NCBI RefSeq assembly: GCF_000737315.1
Contig: NZ_JMCB01000003.1
Location: 1,054,001-1,118,000, forward strand
Direction of reading: 5' to 3'
Source of the DNA: Hyalangium minutum
Lineage (GTDB): Bacteria; Myxococcota; Myxococcia; Myxococcales; Myxococcaceae
Length of the DNA: 64,000 nucleotides
Shown: one piece after another, positions 41,462 to 50,650 of the stretch
How positions within the stretch are numbered: the first letter of the stretch is position 1
Layout: each line of letters starts with the position of its first letter
Notes under the pieces: generated by a model
The model's database searches: none
Told to the model about the DNA's origin: nothing
The model's input: only the letters and a program-made list of their open reading frames with translations
Position numbers and translations under genes: made by a program

Positions 41462-42880
41462 TCATGGGCCGTCGGGATCGTGGAGCCCGTGCTTCTTCAG
41501 CAGCTTGCGAAGGTAGACGCGGTCGATGCCCGCTTCACGTGAAGCTCGCGAGACGTTGCCCTCGCACCGCTCCAGGAGGCTCTTGAGGTAGTCGCGCTCG
41601 AACCCTTCGATGAGCCGCTCCTTGGCCTCCTTGAAGGGCAGATCCAGCTCCGGCGCGGCCGCGGCAGCAGCGGCGGCCGCGGTGACAGGGACGGCCACGC
41701 GTGGCTTGTCCTTGCTCCCCGGCGCCGAGGGAGAAGCGATGTCCGGCAGGCCCTCCTCCCCCATGTTCACCACGCGCTCCACCACGTTGCGCAGCTCACG
41801 CACGTTGCCCGGCCAGGGGTACTGCGCCAGCAGCGCCCGCGTCTGCTCGGACAGCGCGCTCGGGGGCCGCCCCATCCGCGTCAGCACCGTGTCCACCAGC
41901 AGCGTGATGTCCTCCAGGCGCTCGCGCAGCGGCGGCAACGTCACCCGCAGCACCGCGAGCCGGTGGAACAGGTCCTCGCGGAACTTCCCCACCTTCACCG
42001 CCGCCTCCAGGTCCACGTGCGTGGCCGCCACCACCCGCATGTCCACCGTGCGGTAGTCGTTGGCCCCCACCCGCTTCACCTGCCGCCGCTCCAGCACGCG
42101 CAGCAGCCGGGGCTGGATGTCCATGGGCAGCTCGCCCACCTCGTCCAGGAAGACGGTGCCGCCCTCGGCGCGCTCGAAGGCCCCGGCCCGGTCCGACTGA
42201 GCGCCTGTGAAGGCGCCCTTCACGTGGCCGAACAGCTCGGACTCGATCAGCGAGGGGGCAATGCCCGCCAGGTCCACGATGATGAAGGGGCCCTTGTGGC
42301 GCTTGCTCGCCGTGTGGATGCCTTCGGCGCAGCCCTCCTTGCCGGTGCCCGTCTCGCCCTGGATGAGCACATCCGCATCTCCGGAGCCCAGCCGCTCCAG
42401 GACCGCGAACACCTCGCGCATCTTCCGGCTGGCGCCCACCAGCGAGCCGAAGCTCGTGCGGGTGGAGGGCAGGATGACGCGCTCGCGCGAGTCCTCTGGA
42501 ACAATCTTCAGCTCGGTGGTGCCCAGCTTGAGCACGGCGCCGGGGCGGACCTCCAGCTCGGTGAAGCGCATGCCCTCGCAGAACGAGCCGTTGCGCGAGC
42601 CCAGGTCCCGCGCCAGCACCCCGCTCTCCTTCACCTCCAGGGAGAGGTGCTGCCGGGAGACAGCGCGATCCTTCAGGACGTAGTCACACCCGGACGCCGT
42701 CCCAAGCAGGTAGCGCCCGGCCCCGAGGGCGTGGCTCTTCCCCGCGTCCGGACCCGACAGGAAGACGAGCTTGACCCGCACCGGGCCCTTCCGCTCGACC
42801 GGAATGCTGGCAGTCTCGAACTGCTCGGAGTCCTGCTCGTCATCGTCTTCGTGGGGGGCCACGGCCGGGGACCATAGCAC
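41462..42880 (-). CDS. FHA-domain sigma-54-dependent transcriptional activator
   Basis: VSRQH...DLGSRNG (FHA); GETGTGKE, ESELFGHVKGAFTGA, FLDEVGE, WPGNVREL; C-terminal Fis-type HTH. Confidence 0.96.
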   Translation of the reverse strand: MLWSPAVAPHEDDDEQDSEQFETASIPVERKGPVRVKLVFLSGPDAGKSHALGAGRYLLGTASGCDYVLKDRAVSRQHLSLEVKESGVLARDLGSRNGSFCEGMRFTELEVRPGAVLKLGTTELKIVPEDSRERVILPSTRTSFGSLVGASRKMREVFAVLERLGSGDADVLIQGETGTGKEGCAEGIHTASKRHKGPFIIVDLAGIAPSLIESELFGHVKGAFTGAQSDRAGAFERAEGGTVFLDEVGELPMDIQPRLLRVLERRQVKRVGANDYRTVDMRVVAATHVDLEAAVKVGKFREDLFHRLAVLRVTLPPLRERLEDITLLVDTVLTRMGRPPSALSEQTRALLAQYPWPGNVRELRNVVERVVNMGEEGLPDIASPSAPGSKDKPRVAVPVTAAAAAAAAAPELDLPFKEAKERLIEGFERDYLKSLLERCEGNVSRASREAGIDRVYLRKLLKKHGLHDPDGP

Positions 42881-43005
42881 TCTCCTGGCGGCCTGCGTGG
42901 GGCTGTGTGTGGGTGCCCATCCGTGATGCCTGGAGTGACTGCCGGTCCGGGTGTACGGTCAGCCATGGCCGCACCAAGGCCGCCGCACTTGTTGGACACC
43001 CGACC

Positions 43006-43761
43006 ATGACGGAGCCCCTCCCGCCCTCACCGGATGCCAAGCGCGATGAAGACGATCTGAAGGAGTTCGATCTCTCGTTCTTCGAGATGGTCGCCCTGCG
43101 GTTGCAAGTGGTGGTCTTCGCCATCTTCACGCGGCTCACGGACCTGCTGTTGCTGCTGCTCCGGCCCCGGCTTCTGCCCGCGTACCTGGGGATCTGGTGG
43201 GCGGAGATCCTCCACACCCCGTATCGCGCGCGGCGCACCTTCGAGGTGGTCCGGGCGCTGAAGACCACCGGCCAGCGCTTCCGCGAGCTCATCTATGGTG
43301 AGACGCCGCTGGTGTCCGCGCTCTACCTCTTCAAGAAGGCGGGAGTCGGCCGAGGGAGCCGGTTGGTGGATCTGGGCGCGGGACGCGGGCGAGTGCTCAT
43401 CGCCGCGAGCTGGCTGGGGGCTGAAGCGCGGGGCGTGGAGCTGCTCGGGGACCACGTGACGCGGGTGGCTCCCCGGCTGAAGGCCGCAGGCATCACGCTC
43501 ACGGTGGGAGACATGACCCGCGAGGACCTCGGAGACGCGACCCACATCTTCACCAACTGGCTGGCCCTGACCCCCGAGACCCAGGCGCGCTTGATCGAGC
43601 GGTTCCGCACCTGCCAACCCGGGACGCGCTTCCTCACGGTGACCCACCCAATCGAGGGCAAGGGCTTCGTGCCCCTCTCCCGGCACTGGGTGCTCTTCAC
43701 CTGGGGTATCGAGAAGGTGTGGATTCATGAGTACCGGCCGGAGCCTCTGTCGCCCCCGTGA
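43006..43761 (+). CDS. Class I SAM-dependent methyltransferase
   Basis: LIYGETP, LVDLGAGRG, GVEL, GDM motifs. Confidence 0.8.
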   Translation: MTEPLPPSPDAKRDEDDLKEFDLSFFEMVALRLQVVVFAIFTRLTDLLLLLLRPRLLPAYLGIWWAEILHTPYRARRTFEVVRALKTTGQRFRELIYGETPLVSALYLFKKAGVGRGSRLVDLGAGRGRVLIAASWLGAEARGVELLGDHVTRVAPRLKAAGITLTVGDMTREDLGDATHIFTNWLALTPETQARLIERFRTCQPGTRFLTVTHPIEGKGFVPLSRHWVLFTWGIEKVWIHEYRPEPLSPP

Positions 43762-45400
43762 GCCGTCTTCGCAGCTCGTCGTGCAGCTGGGAGGACTCCA
43801 CGGGCCGGAGGCGGCAGCCCACGTACTTGTCCGGGCGCACCAGATAGGCGCACGGCGTTCCCGCCCCGAAGCGCAGATGAGCCTGCCGCTGAGCGTCCAC
43901 CAACACGCCAGGACCTCGCTTCTGAGGTTCCGGGGTCACCACGAACACGCGCAGCCACCCGGCGTAGGTGGACTCCAGCGAACGTGCCAACGCGAGCAGT
44001 TCTTCGAAGGGAGCCGGTGCGTCCAGCCCCTGGAAGAGCAGGAGCACATGAGAGGGGCCTCGAAGCGCCTCGTGCAACCGAGAGATCCCCTCTCCTTCGA
44101 TCGGTAGCTCCGGCACCCGCTCACCGGGCGCAGGACCTCGTGCGATCGGCGCGCTGGGGCCATCCTCGCCTCGCACCGTCTCCGTGGAGAGCGGACTGCG
44201 GAGATAGTGGAGGTAGAGCTGGGAGACGAACCGCACCAGCCGGCGCTGAAGCATGGCCTGCGACAGGATGGGAGCCGCCACGAGCGGGACCAGGTACTGG
44301 CGCGCGAACCTCGCCACGGGCCCCTTGGCCGCCGCGAACCCGAAGAGCCGATCCGTCCCCTCCAGCAACTTGCGGCCCACGGGCTCGCGCTCCGCACCGT
44401 ACGTATCCACGAGCGACTCGGCCGCCCGGCCCTGGAGGACGAAGGCCAGCTTCCACGCGAGGTTGTAGGCATCTTGGATGCCCGTATTCATGCCCTGCCC
44501 TCCCGCTGGGCTGTGGATGTGCGCCGCGTCGCCCGCCAGCAACACCCGCCCCTGCCGGTAACGAGACACGCCCCGGCGGTGCAGCCGGTAACCACTCGTC
44601 CATCGCGGCTCACTCAGCTGGGCCGGAACGGGTGCCAGTTGGGACACCACCTCCTGGAGCTGCTCCAGCGTGGGGGTAGGCATCTCTCCGGGCGGCGCCA
44701 TATCGCGAGGGATGATGGTGACCACCCGGAAGCGGGACTCGCCCCCAGGCATCGGAAACGCCGCCATCACGCCACGTCGCGAGGGCATCAGGTGAATCTC
44801 GCCCGGCTTCAGGGACCAGTTCACCCGGACATCGCCCAGCATGCAGACGTCTTCGTACGTCTCGCCCTCGAAGGGAATGCCCGCGGCCTTGCGCACCTGA
44901 CTGCGCGCGCCATCACACCCCACCAGCCAGCGCGCCCGCACCGTCTCCTGTCTCCCGTCCGTGTGCCGCAGGGAGACCTCTACCGCCCCCTCCGCATCCT
45001 TGTGTCCCTCGACCTCCACGCCCCACTCCACCCGCCCGCCTCTCGCCGTGAGCTGCTCCGTGAGCAGTGCCTCGGTGGCGTCCTGCGGGAGAATGAGGAT
45101 GAACGGATAGTGGGACTCCAGCCCGGCGAAGCCTCCCAAGCGCAGGTGCGCCTGCCGCCCGTTCCGAGCCACCAGGTTCGTGCCCTCCACGCGCATGCCC
45201 CGCGCCAGCGCCGCCTCCGCGAATCCCAGATCGTCGAACACCTCGAGTGTGCGCGCCTGCACCGCCAGCGCTCGCGACAGGGGCGAGGGCCCCTCCAGCC
45301 GATCCACCACGCGGGCCCGGATGCCGTAGCGCTCCAGACACACCGCCAGCGTCAGCCCCGTGGGTCCTGCCCCCGCGATCAGCACATCCACGTCCGCCAT
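43697..45400 (-). CDS. FAD-dependent monooxygenase (PheA/TfdB-like)
   Basis: VLIAGAGPTGL, GCDGARSQVR, LAGDAAHIHSPAGGQGMNTGIQDA. Confidence 0.93.
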   Translation of the reverse strand: MADVDVLIAGAGPTGLTLAVCLERYGIRARVVDRLEGPSPLSRALAVQARTLEVFDDLGFAEAALARGMRVEGTNLVARNGRQAHLRLGGFAGLESHYPFILILPQDATEALLTEQLTARGGRVEWGVEVEGHKDAEGAVEVSLRHTDGRQETVRARWLVGCDGARSQVRKAAGIPFEGETYEDVCMLGDVRVNWSLKPGEIHLMPSRRGVMAAFPMPGGESRFRVVTIIPRDMAPPGEMPTPTLEQLQEVVSQLAPVPAQLSEPRWTSGYRLHRRGVSRYRQGRVLLAGDAAHIHSPAGGQGMNTGIQDAYNLAWKLAFVLQGRAAESLVDTYGAEREPVGRKLLEGTDRLFGFAAAKGPVARFARQYLVPLVAAPILSQAMLQRRLVRFVSQLYLHYLRSPLSTETVRGEDGPSAPIARGPAPGERVPELPIEGEGISRLHEALRGPSHVLLLFQGLDAPAPFEELLALARSLESTYAGWLRVFVVTPEPQKRGPGVLVDAQRQAHLRFGAGTPCAYLVRPDKYVGCRLRPVESSQLHDELRRRLTGATEAPAGTHESTPSRYPR

Positions 45401-45533
45401 GGCTGCTCCTCCTCGCAGACCCGCCCAGCGGGCCTTCACCAGTCTCTCAGGAAAGCCTCCAGAGCGGGCGATCAAGCAAGGGCTTTCCCGGGCGCCCGTC
45501 GTCGCGACGTCCGGCAGGTGCCATCTGAAGCCC

Positions 45534-46424
45534 ATGATGGAGACCGGCACGAGGCGCATGCTGGGCGAGATCCTCCTGGAGCGGGGGCTGGTCAGCCGTG
45601 GCCAGCTCCGCCTGGGGCTCGTGCACCACCACGAGGCCCGAGTCCCCCTCGGCCGGGCGCTCATCCGCGAGCGCGTCTGCTCGGAGTCCGACGTGCTCCA
45701 AGCCCTCTCCGAGCAGCTGGGCCTCCCCACCGTGGAGCTGGACCGGGAGCCGCTGGACCGCAAGCTGGCCAAGCTCATCCCCGCCCGCATCGCCCGGCAG
45801 CACCGCGTCATCCCGCTCCGCTTGGAGAAACAGGACAAGGTGGTCCTGCACGTCGCCCTGCCGGCCCCCGCCTCCATCGAGGCACTCGATGACGTGCGCG
45901 CGGCCTCGGGCAAGCCCCGAGTGGAGCCTCACCTCGCCTCGGAGAGGGCCCTGGCTCGCGCGCTCACGGAGCTCTATGGCATCCGCGAGTCCTTCGAGCC
46001 GCCTGCGCCCGAGTACGACTCCGAGCCCGACCCCGACGCCCCGGTGTTGCTCTACGGCTGGAACCCGGTGACCGCGGTGCTCCTCTCCCGGATGCTCAAC
46101 CGCCACGGCTACGAGGGCAAGGCGGCGACCCCGCTGGAGGTACTGCACACCCATGCCACGGATCTGGTGATCGCGCCCGTGCAAGCCATGGAAGGGCTGC
46201 TCATGGGAGAGCTCCAGATCCCCGCCTCGCTGATCGTCCTCAGCAGCTCGGAGGACGAGGGCTTTGAGCGCGCCCACCAACTCGGCGCCAAGGGCTTCCT
46301 GGTCAACCCGATGGATGAGGAGATGCTGCTACGCGTGGTCCGCCGCCTGCGGCTCCCCCCGCCCAGTGGCCGGCGCGGCGGGATGGGTGCCTCGGACGGG
46401 GAGCACAAGGGCACGGAGGGGTGA
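45534..46424 (+). CDS. MshEN/GspE-N-terminal domain protein with C-terminal pseudo-receiver
   Basis: LGEILLERGLVS..QL..GL.....PLG..L; A...RVIPL; receiver-like tail DLVIAP...GAKGFLVNP. Confidence 0.8.
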   Translation: MMETGTRRMLGEILLERGLVSRGQLRLGLVHHHEARVPLGRALIRERVCSESDVLQALSEQLGLPTVELDREPLDRKLAKLIPARIARQHRVIPLRLEKQDKVVLHVALPAPASIEALDDVRAASGKPRVEPHLASERALARALTELYGIRESFEPPAPEYDSEPDPDAPVLLYGWNPVTAVLLSRMLNRHGYEGKAATPLEVLHTHATDLVIAPVQAMEGLLMGELQIPASLIVLSSSEDEGFERAHQLGAKGFLVNPMDEEMLLRVVRRLRLPPPSGRRGGMGASDGEHKGTEG

Positions 46425-47174
46425 GAGCAGCTGTCCGAGGTACCCGCGCGGGAACGGCTCGGTAAGCCCGAGCGCCCAGCGCTCCTCTCCTTCCGGACGG
46501 TGATACGTGCCGAAGATCCAGTCCATATAAGGAGCGAGGTTGGCGAAGTTGTGCCGCGTCTGCTCCACGCGGGCGTGGTGCCAGTGGTGCAGCTCGGGCG
46601 CGCCGAAGAGGAAGCCCAGCGGGCCGAGTGGCAGCCGTGCGTTGGAGTGGATGAAGGCGCCCCAGATGCTGCGGAAGGCCACCACCATGGCCAGTGGCCC
46701 GAGCGGGATGCCCAGCAGGAAGGCAGGCAGGTTGCACACGAGCTGGGTGGTGAGCCCATCCAGCGGGTGCTCGCGGTGCGCGGCCAGCCAGTCCAGGTGC
46801 TCCGCCGAGTGGTGCACGGCATGGAAGCGCCAGAGCCAGTCCACCTGGTGACACAGGCGATGCCACCAGTACACGCCGAGATCCGCAAGCACCACTGTCT
46901 CCACCACCTGGAGCCACGTGGGCTGGAGGCTCACCGCGTCGCGCAGCCACGCCAGAGCTTCCGGGCGGAAAAACTCCTGGAGGGACGCGAGCCCGAGCAC
47001 CACGAGCGGTCCCCACAGCAGGTACTGCCCCAGAAAGAAGAGGAGATCCACACCCCAGGCCGAGCGAAAGAGGCGCTGTCCGGCACGCGCGGGGAACGCG
47101 CGCTCCAGCGGCCAGAAAGCCAGGGCGAGCATCCCGAAGGAGAACGCCGTGCCCAGCAGGAGCTGCCGCATCAC
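46329..47174 (-). CDS. Sterol desaturase / fatty acid hydroxylase family protein
   Basis: His boxes HRLCH, HAVHH, HHWHH; NFA...DWIFGT. Confidence 0.92.
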   Translation of the reverse strand: MMRQLLLGTAFSFGMLALAFWPLERAFPARAGQRLFRSAWGVDLLFFLGQYLLWGPLVVLGLASLQEFFRPEALAWLRDAVSLQPTWLQVVETVVLADLGVYWWHRLCHQVDWLWRFHAVHHSAEHLDWLAAHREHPLDGLTTQLVCNLPAFLLGIPLGPLAMVVAFRSIWGAFIHSNARLPLGPLGFLFGAPELHHWHHARVEQTRHNFANLAPYMDWIFGTYHRPEGEERWALGLTEPFPRGYLGQLLSPLRALVLPVRGTHPAAPATGRGEPQAADHA

Positions 47175-47449
47175 CGCCCCTGTTGTTCCGGAAGCGACTG
47201 GGCCTGCCCTGGAGCCGCGCTCCCCTGCTCAGCAGGCTGGGCCGCCAGAGTCCCCGCGTCGGGCGCCGTCCCGGCGTCGGGCGGATCCCCAAGCCCCGCG
47301 AGCGCCTCGGGCGTGGCGCCGAACATGGGCCCGATCTTCGTTCCTGGCATGAAGGAGGCGCCTGCCGTGAGCACGAAGAGGATGACGATGGCCGCGAAGC
47401 CCACCAACGCGAGCATCCGGAGGATGCCCATTCCCAAAGTCCTGCCCAT
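47171..47449 (-). CDS. Small single-pass membrane protein
   Basis: Hydrophobic ILRMLALVGFAAIVILFVLTAGA then a PDAG-rich tail; stop overlaps the desaturase start. Confidence 0.6.
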   Translation of the reverse strand: MGRTLGMGILRMLALVGFAAIVILFVLTAGASFMPGTKIGPMFGATPEALAGLGDPPDAGTAPDAGTLAAQPAEQGSAAPGQAQSLPEQQGR

Positions 47450-47615
47450 TCCGTGCTGACTCCCTGGAGGCCTGGTGCCTCGCTGCCTCTCCAGTCTCTC
47501 ATGCTTCTCCCCTGGAGCACCAAGCCCCCCATCCGGGCGGGCAGATGGCTTGCCGGGAACTTCCCGCGTGAGGACCGTTGGCTCGAACCCTGAGACTTGC
47601 AAGGAGCCGCTCCTC

Positions 47616-48092
47616 ATGGACGCGATCGCAATGTTGAAGCAGCAGCACCAGGAAGTGGACGAGCTGTTCGACCGCATCCAGAAGGCGGACGCCGACGAGC
47701 GAATCACCCTCCTGGGACAGGTCTCCGAGAAGCTGACGCTCCACGCGACCATCGAGGAGCGGCACTTCTATCCGTTCTGCATGCGCATGGGCATCCAGGA
47801 CATGGTGGACCGCTCACTCCAGGAGCACGCCGAGGTCAAGCAGCTCATCGCGGACATCCTTCAAATGAAGCGCCACGATCCGCGCCTGATGCAGGACACG
47901 ATGAAGCTCATGAAGAGCGTGCAGGAGCACGTGAAGGAGGAGGAGAACGTGCTCTTCCCGCGGCTGACGAGCGTGGCCTCGGAGGGGGACCTTGGCACCG
48001 TGGCCATGGAGATGCAGCGCACCATGGACGAGATGTCCCAGCAGGAGCTGCTCAAGATGGCTGAGTACGAGGGCAGCACGGTGATGCCGTAA
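47616..48092 (+). CDS. Hemerythrin domain protein
   Basis: DAI..LKQQH, H...EE..FYP, EH...K, H..EEE..LFP. Confidence 0.9.
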   Translation: MDAIAMLKQQHQEVDELFDRIQKADADERITLLGQVSEKLTLHATIEERHFYPFCMRMGIQDMVDRSLQEHAEVKQLIADILQMKRHDPRLMQDTMKLMKSVQEHVKEEENVLFPRLTSVASEGDLGTVAMEMQRTMDEMSQQELLKMAEYEGSTVMP

Positions 48093-48231
48093 CGGTGGCA
48101 CGGGCGCGAGGGTCCTCGGGGAGACGTGAAGGAGGACCCTCGGCTGTCCGTCCGCTCCTGCTTCTCAAGTGCGTGCACGTGCTCCACCTTTCCCGCGCGA
48201 GCACACTCTGCCGCCCGCAGGAGCTCTCTCT

Positions 48232-50229
48232 ATGAAGCATCCCGCCTCGCCGCGTGTCGTCGCTCTCGTCGGTCCTCAGGGAGCAGGCAAGACGACCTTG
48301 CTGGAGTCGCTGCTGCGAGTCACTGGAGCCGGTCCCCTGCGAGCCACCGGAGGCAATGGCACGGCGAGCGGGCGTACGATGACGATGGAGCTGGCGGCGG
48401 CCACCACGGACTTCCTGGGGGAGCGCTGGACGTTCATTGACTGCCCAGGGGCTCCTGAGTTCTCGCTGGAAGCCCGTCACGCGCTGATGGTCTGCGACGC
48501 GGCGCTGGTGGTGTGCGATACCGGCCCGGATCGCGCGGCCGCCCTGTCGCCGCTGTTTCACTTCCTCGATACGCGCCACATTCCCCACCTGCTCTTCCTC
48601 AACGCGCTGGATCAGAGCGGCGCGTCGGTGCGCGGACTGCTCGACTCGCTGCAAGCCGTCTCCTCGCGCCCGCTGGTGCTGCGAGAGATCCCCTTGCGCG
48701 AGGGGGAGCGCATGGTGGGCGTGGTGGATCTCGTGAGCGAGCGGGCCTGGGGCATGACGGGCGAGCGGGAGGCCGCGCTCATCCCCCTGCCGGAGACGGA
48801 CCGGCCCTTGGAGGAGGCCGCGCGGCGGCAGATGCTCGAGCGGCTGGCGGATCAGGATGACGCGCTGCTGGAGCAACTCATCGAGGACGTCGTGCCTCCG
48901 CCGGGAGTCCTCTACGAGCAGTTGGCGCGGGCGCTGCGAGAGGACCGGCTGGTGCCCGTCTTCATCGGGTCGGCCGAGCGAGGGCTGGGCCTGTTGCGGC
49001 TGCTGAAAGGCCTGCGCCACGAAGTGCCCGCCGTCGAGGAGACGCGCACGCGCCTGGGGATCTCCACCCAGGGGGGCCCCCTGGTGCAGCCCTTCAAGAC
49101 GCGCCATCTGCCTCACGTGGGCAAGCAGTCACTGGCTCGCATCTGGCGAGGCACGGTGACGGATGGGGGCACCCTCGGCGGAGGACGCGTGAGCGGCGTG
49201 TTCCAGCCACATGGAGCGCGGCAGGAGGCGGTCCGCACGGCCCACGAGGGAGAGGTGGCGATCATCGGCCGGCTGGACGCGGCGCGAACGGGAGAGCGAG
49301 TGGAGCAGGACGAGGTCCGCCGCATCACCGGCTGGCCCGCAGCGTCCCCGCCCGTGCACCAGGTGGCGATCACCGCGCAGAAGCGCACAGACGACGTGAA
49401 GCTGCCTGGCGCGCTGGCCCGGCTGGTGGAGGAAGATCCCTCGCTCTCCGTGGACCAGGATCCCGACACGCAGCAGTTGCTGCTCGGAGGCCAGGGCGAG
49501 CTGCACGTGCGAGAGGCGATCGAGCGGCTGGGCGCACACCTGCGGGTGCCGGTGGTGATGCACCCCGTGCCCATTCCCTACCGGGAGACCATCCGGCGGC
49601 ACGGCGGGCACCACGCGCGCTACAAGCGCCAGTCGGGGGGCCATGGCCAGTTCGGTGACGTGGTGGTGGGGGTGCGGCCCCTGCCGCGCGGACAGGGCTT
49701 CAACTTCACCTCGGCAGTGGTGGGCGGTGCGGTGCCCCGGCAGTACATCCCCGCCGTCGAAGAGGGCGTGTTCCAGGGGCTACACCGAGGACCACTGGGC
49801 TTCCCCGTGGTGGACGTGGCCGTCACCTTGATGGGAGGCACCTACCACTCGGTGGACAGCTCCGATCAGGCCTTCCGCACGGCCGCGCGCCTGGCCATGG
49901 CGGAGATCCTGCCGAGGCTGGAGCCGGTGCTTCTGGAGCCCATCCTCCACGTGGAGCTCCACGTGCCGCGAGACGCGATACCTCGGGCCCAGCGGCTCAT
50001 CACCGGCCGACGAGGCCAACTGCTGGGCTTCGATGCGAACCTGGATCTGCCGGGCTGGGACATCCTCACGGCCTACCTGCCGCAGGCGGAGCTGAAGGGG
50101 CTCATCGTGGAGTTGCGCTCGGCATCGGCCGGCTTGGGCACCTTCGTGGCGCGGCACGACCACTACTCCGAGCTGATGGGCCGTCAGGCGGAGCGCGTGG
50201 TGAGCCACCAGCCCGTGGCGGAGCCATGA
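48232..50229 (+). CDS. Elongation factor G-like protein (divergent paralogue)
   Basis: GPQGAGKTT, DCPG, EEDPSL, GQGELH, PYRETI, KRQSGGHGQFGDV, YHSVDSSDQAF, LLEPI. Confidence 0.92.
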   Translation: MKHPASPRVVALVGPQGAGKTTLLESLLRVTGAGPLRATGGNGTASGRTMTMELAAATTDFLGERWTFIDCPGAPEFSLEARHALMVCDAALVVCDTGPDRAAALSPLFHFLDTRHIPHLLFLNALDQSGASVRGLLDSLQAVSSRPLVLREIPLREGERMVGVVDLVSERAWGMTGEREAALIPLPETDRPLEEAARRQMLERLADQDDALLEQLIEDVVPPPGVLYEQLARALREDRLVPVFIGSAERGLGLLRLLKGLRHEVPAVEETRTRLGISTQGGPLVQPFKTRHLPHVGKQSLARIWRGTVTDGGTLGGGRVSGVFQPHGARQEAVRTAHEGEVAIIGRLDAARTGERVEQDEVRRITGWPAASPPVHQVAITAQKRTDDVKLPGALARLVEEDPSLSVDQDPDTQQLLLGGQGELHVREAIERLGAHLRVPVVMHPVPIPYRETIRRHGGHHARYKRQSGGHGQFGDVVVGVRPLPRGQGFNFTSAVVGGAVPRQYIPAVEEGVFQGLHRGPLGFPVVDVAVTLMGGTYHSVDSSDQAFRTAARLAMAEILPRLEPVLLEPILHVELHVPRDAIPRAQRLITGRRGQLLGFDANLDLPGWDILTAYLPQAELKGLIVELRSASAGLGTFVARHDHYSELMGRQAERVVSHQPVAEP

Positions 50230-50378
50230 GCCGCGTGCGCGCGGCCTTCGATCCCGAAGTGCTCCTCTCGGTCGACCAGCTGTAGCTCAGGCGGCACCTG
50301 CCACATTCCAATACCGCCGACGATCCAGGGAGCGCCCAGGGATGACCGGCTGGAACCTGGATGCTAGGTTGCGCCGCC

Positions 50379-50648
50379 GTGCCACGCGTCACCTTTACCT
50401 CCAGCATCCAGCGCCATGTGTCCTGCCCCTCCGAGATGGTAACGGGGAAGACCGTGCGCGAGGCCCTCGAGCAGTACTTCGCCCGCCATCCTCAGGCACG
50501 GGGCTACGTGCTCGATGAACAGGGGGCGATGCGCCAGCACGTCGTCATCTTCGTCAACGGCGGCCAGATCCGCGATCGCGCGGCCCAACAGGATCCCATC
50601 AGCGAGTCCGCCGAGCTCTACGTCATGCAGGCACTCTCAGGGGGGTAA
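50379..50648 (+). CDS. MoaD/ThiS-family ubiquitin-like protein
   Basis: Beta-grasp pattern G.TVREAL...P....VLDEQG..RQHV.IFVNG; C-terminal LSGG. Confidence 0.9.
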   Translation: MPRVTFTSSIQRHVSCPSEMVTGKTVREALEQYFARHPQARGYVLDEQGAMRQHVVIFVNGGQIRDRAAQQDPISESAELYVMQALSGG

Positions 50649-50650
50649 CC

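Noticed and set aside
43006-47449. Methyltransferase, FAD monooxygenase and desaturase as a secondary-metabolite cluster
   Set aside because: Mixed orientations, interrupted by an unrelated MshEN gene, and no scaffold synthase (PKS/NRPS/RiPP/terpene) in the window.
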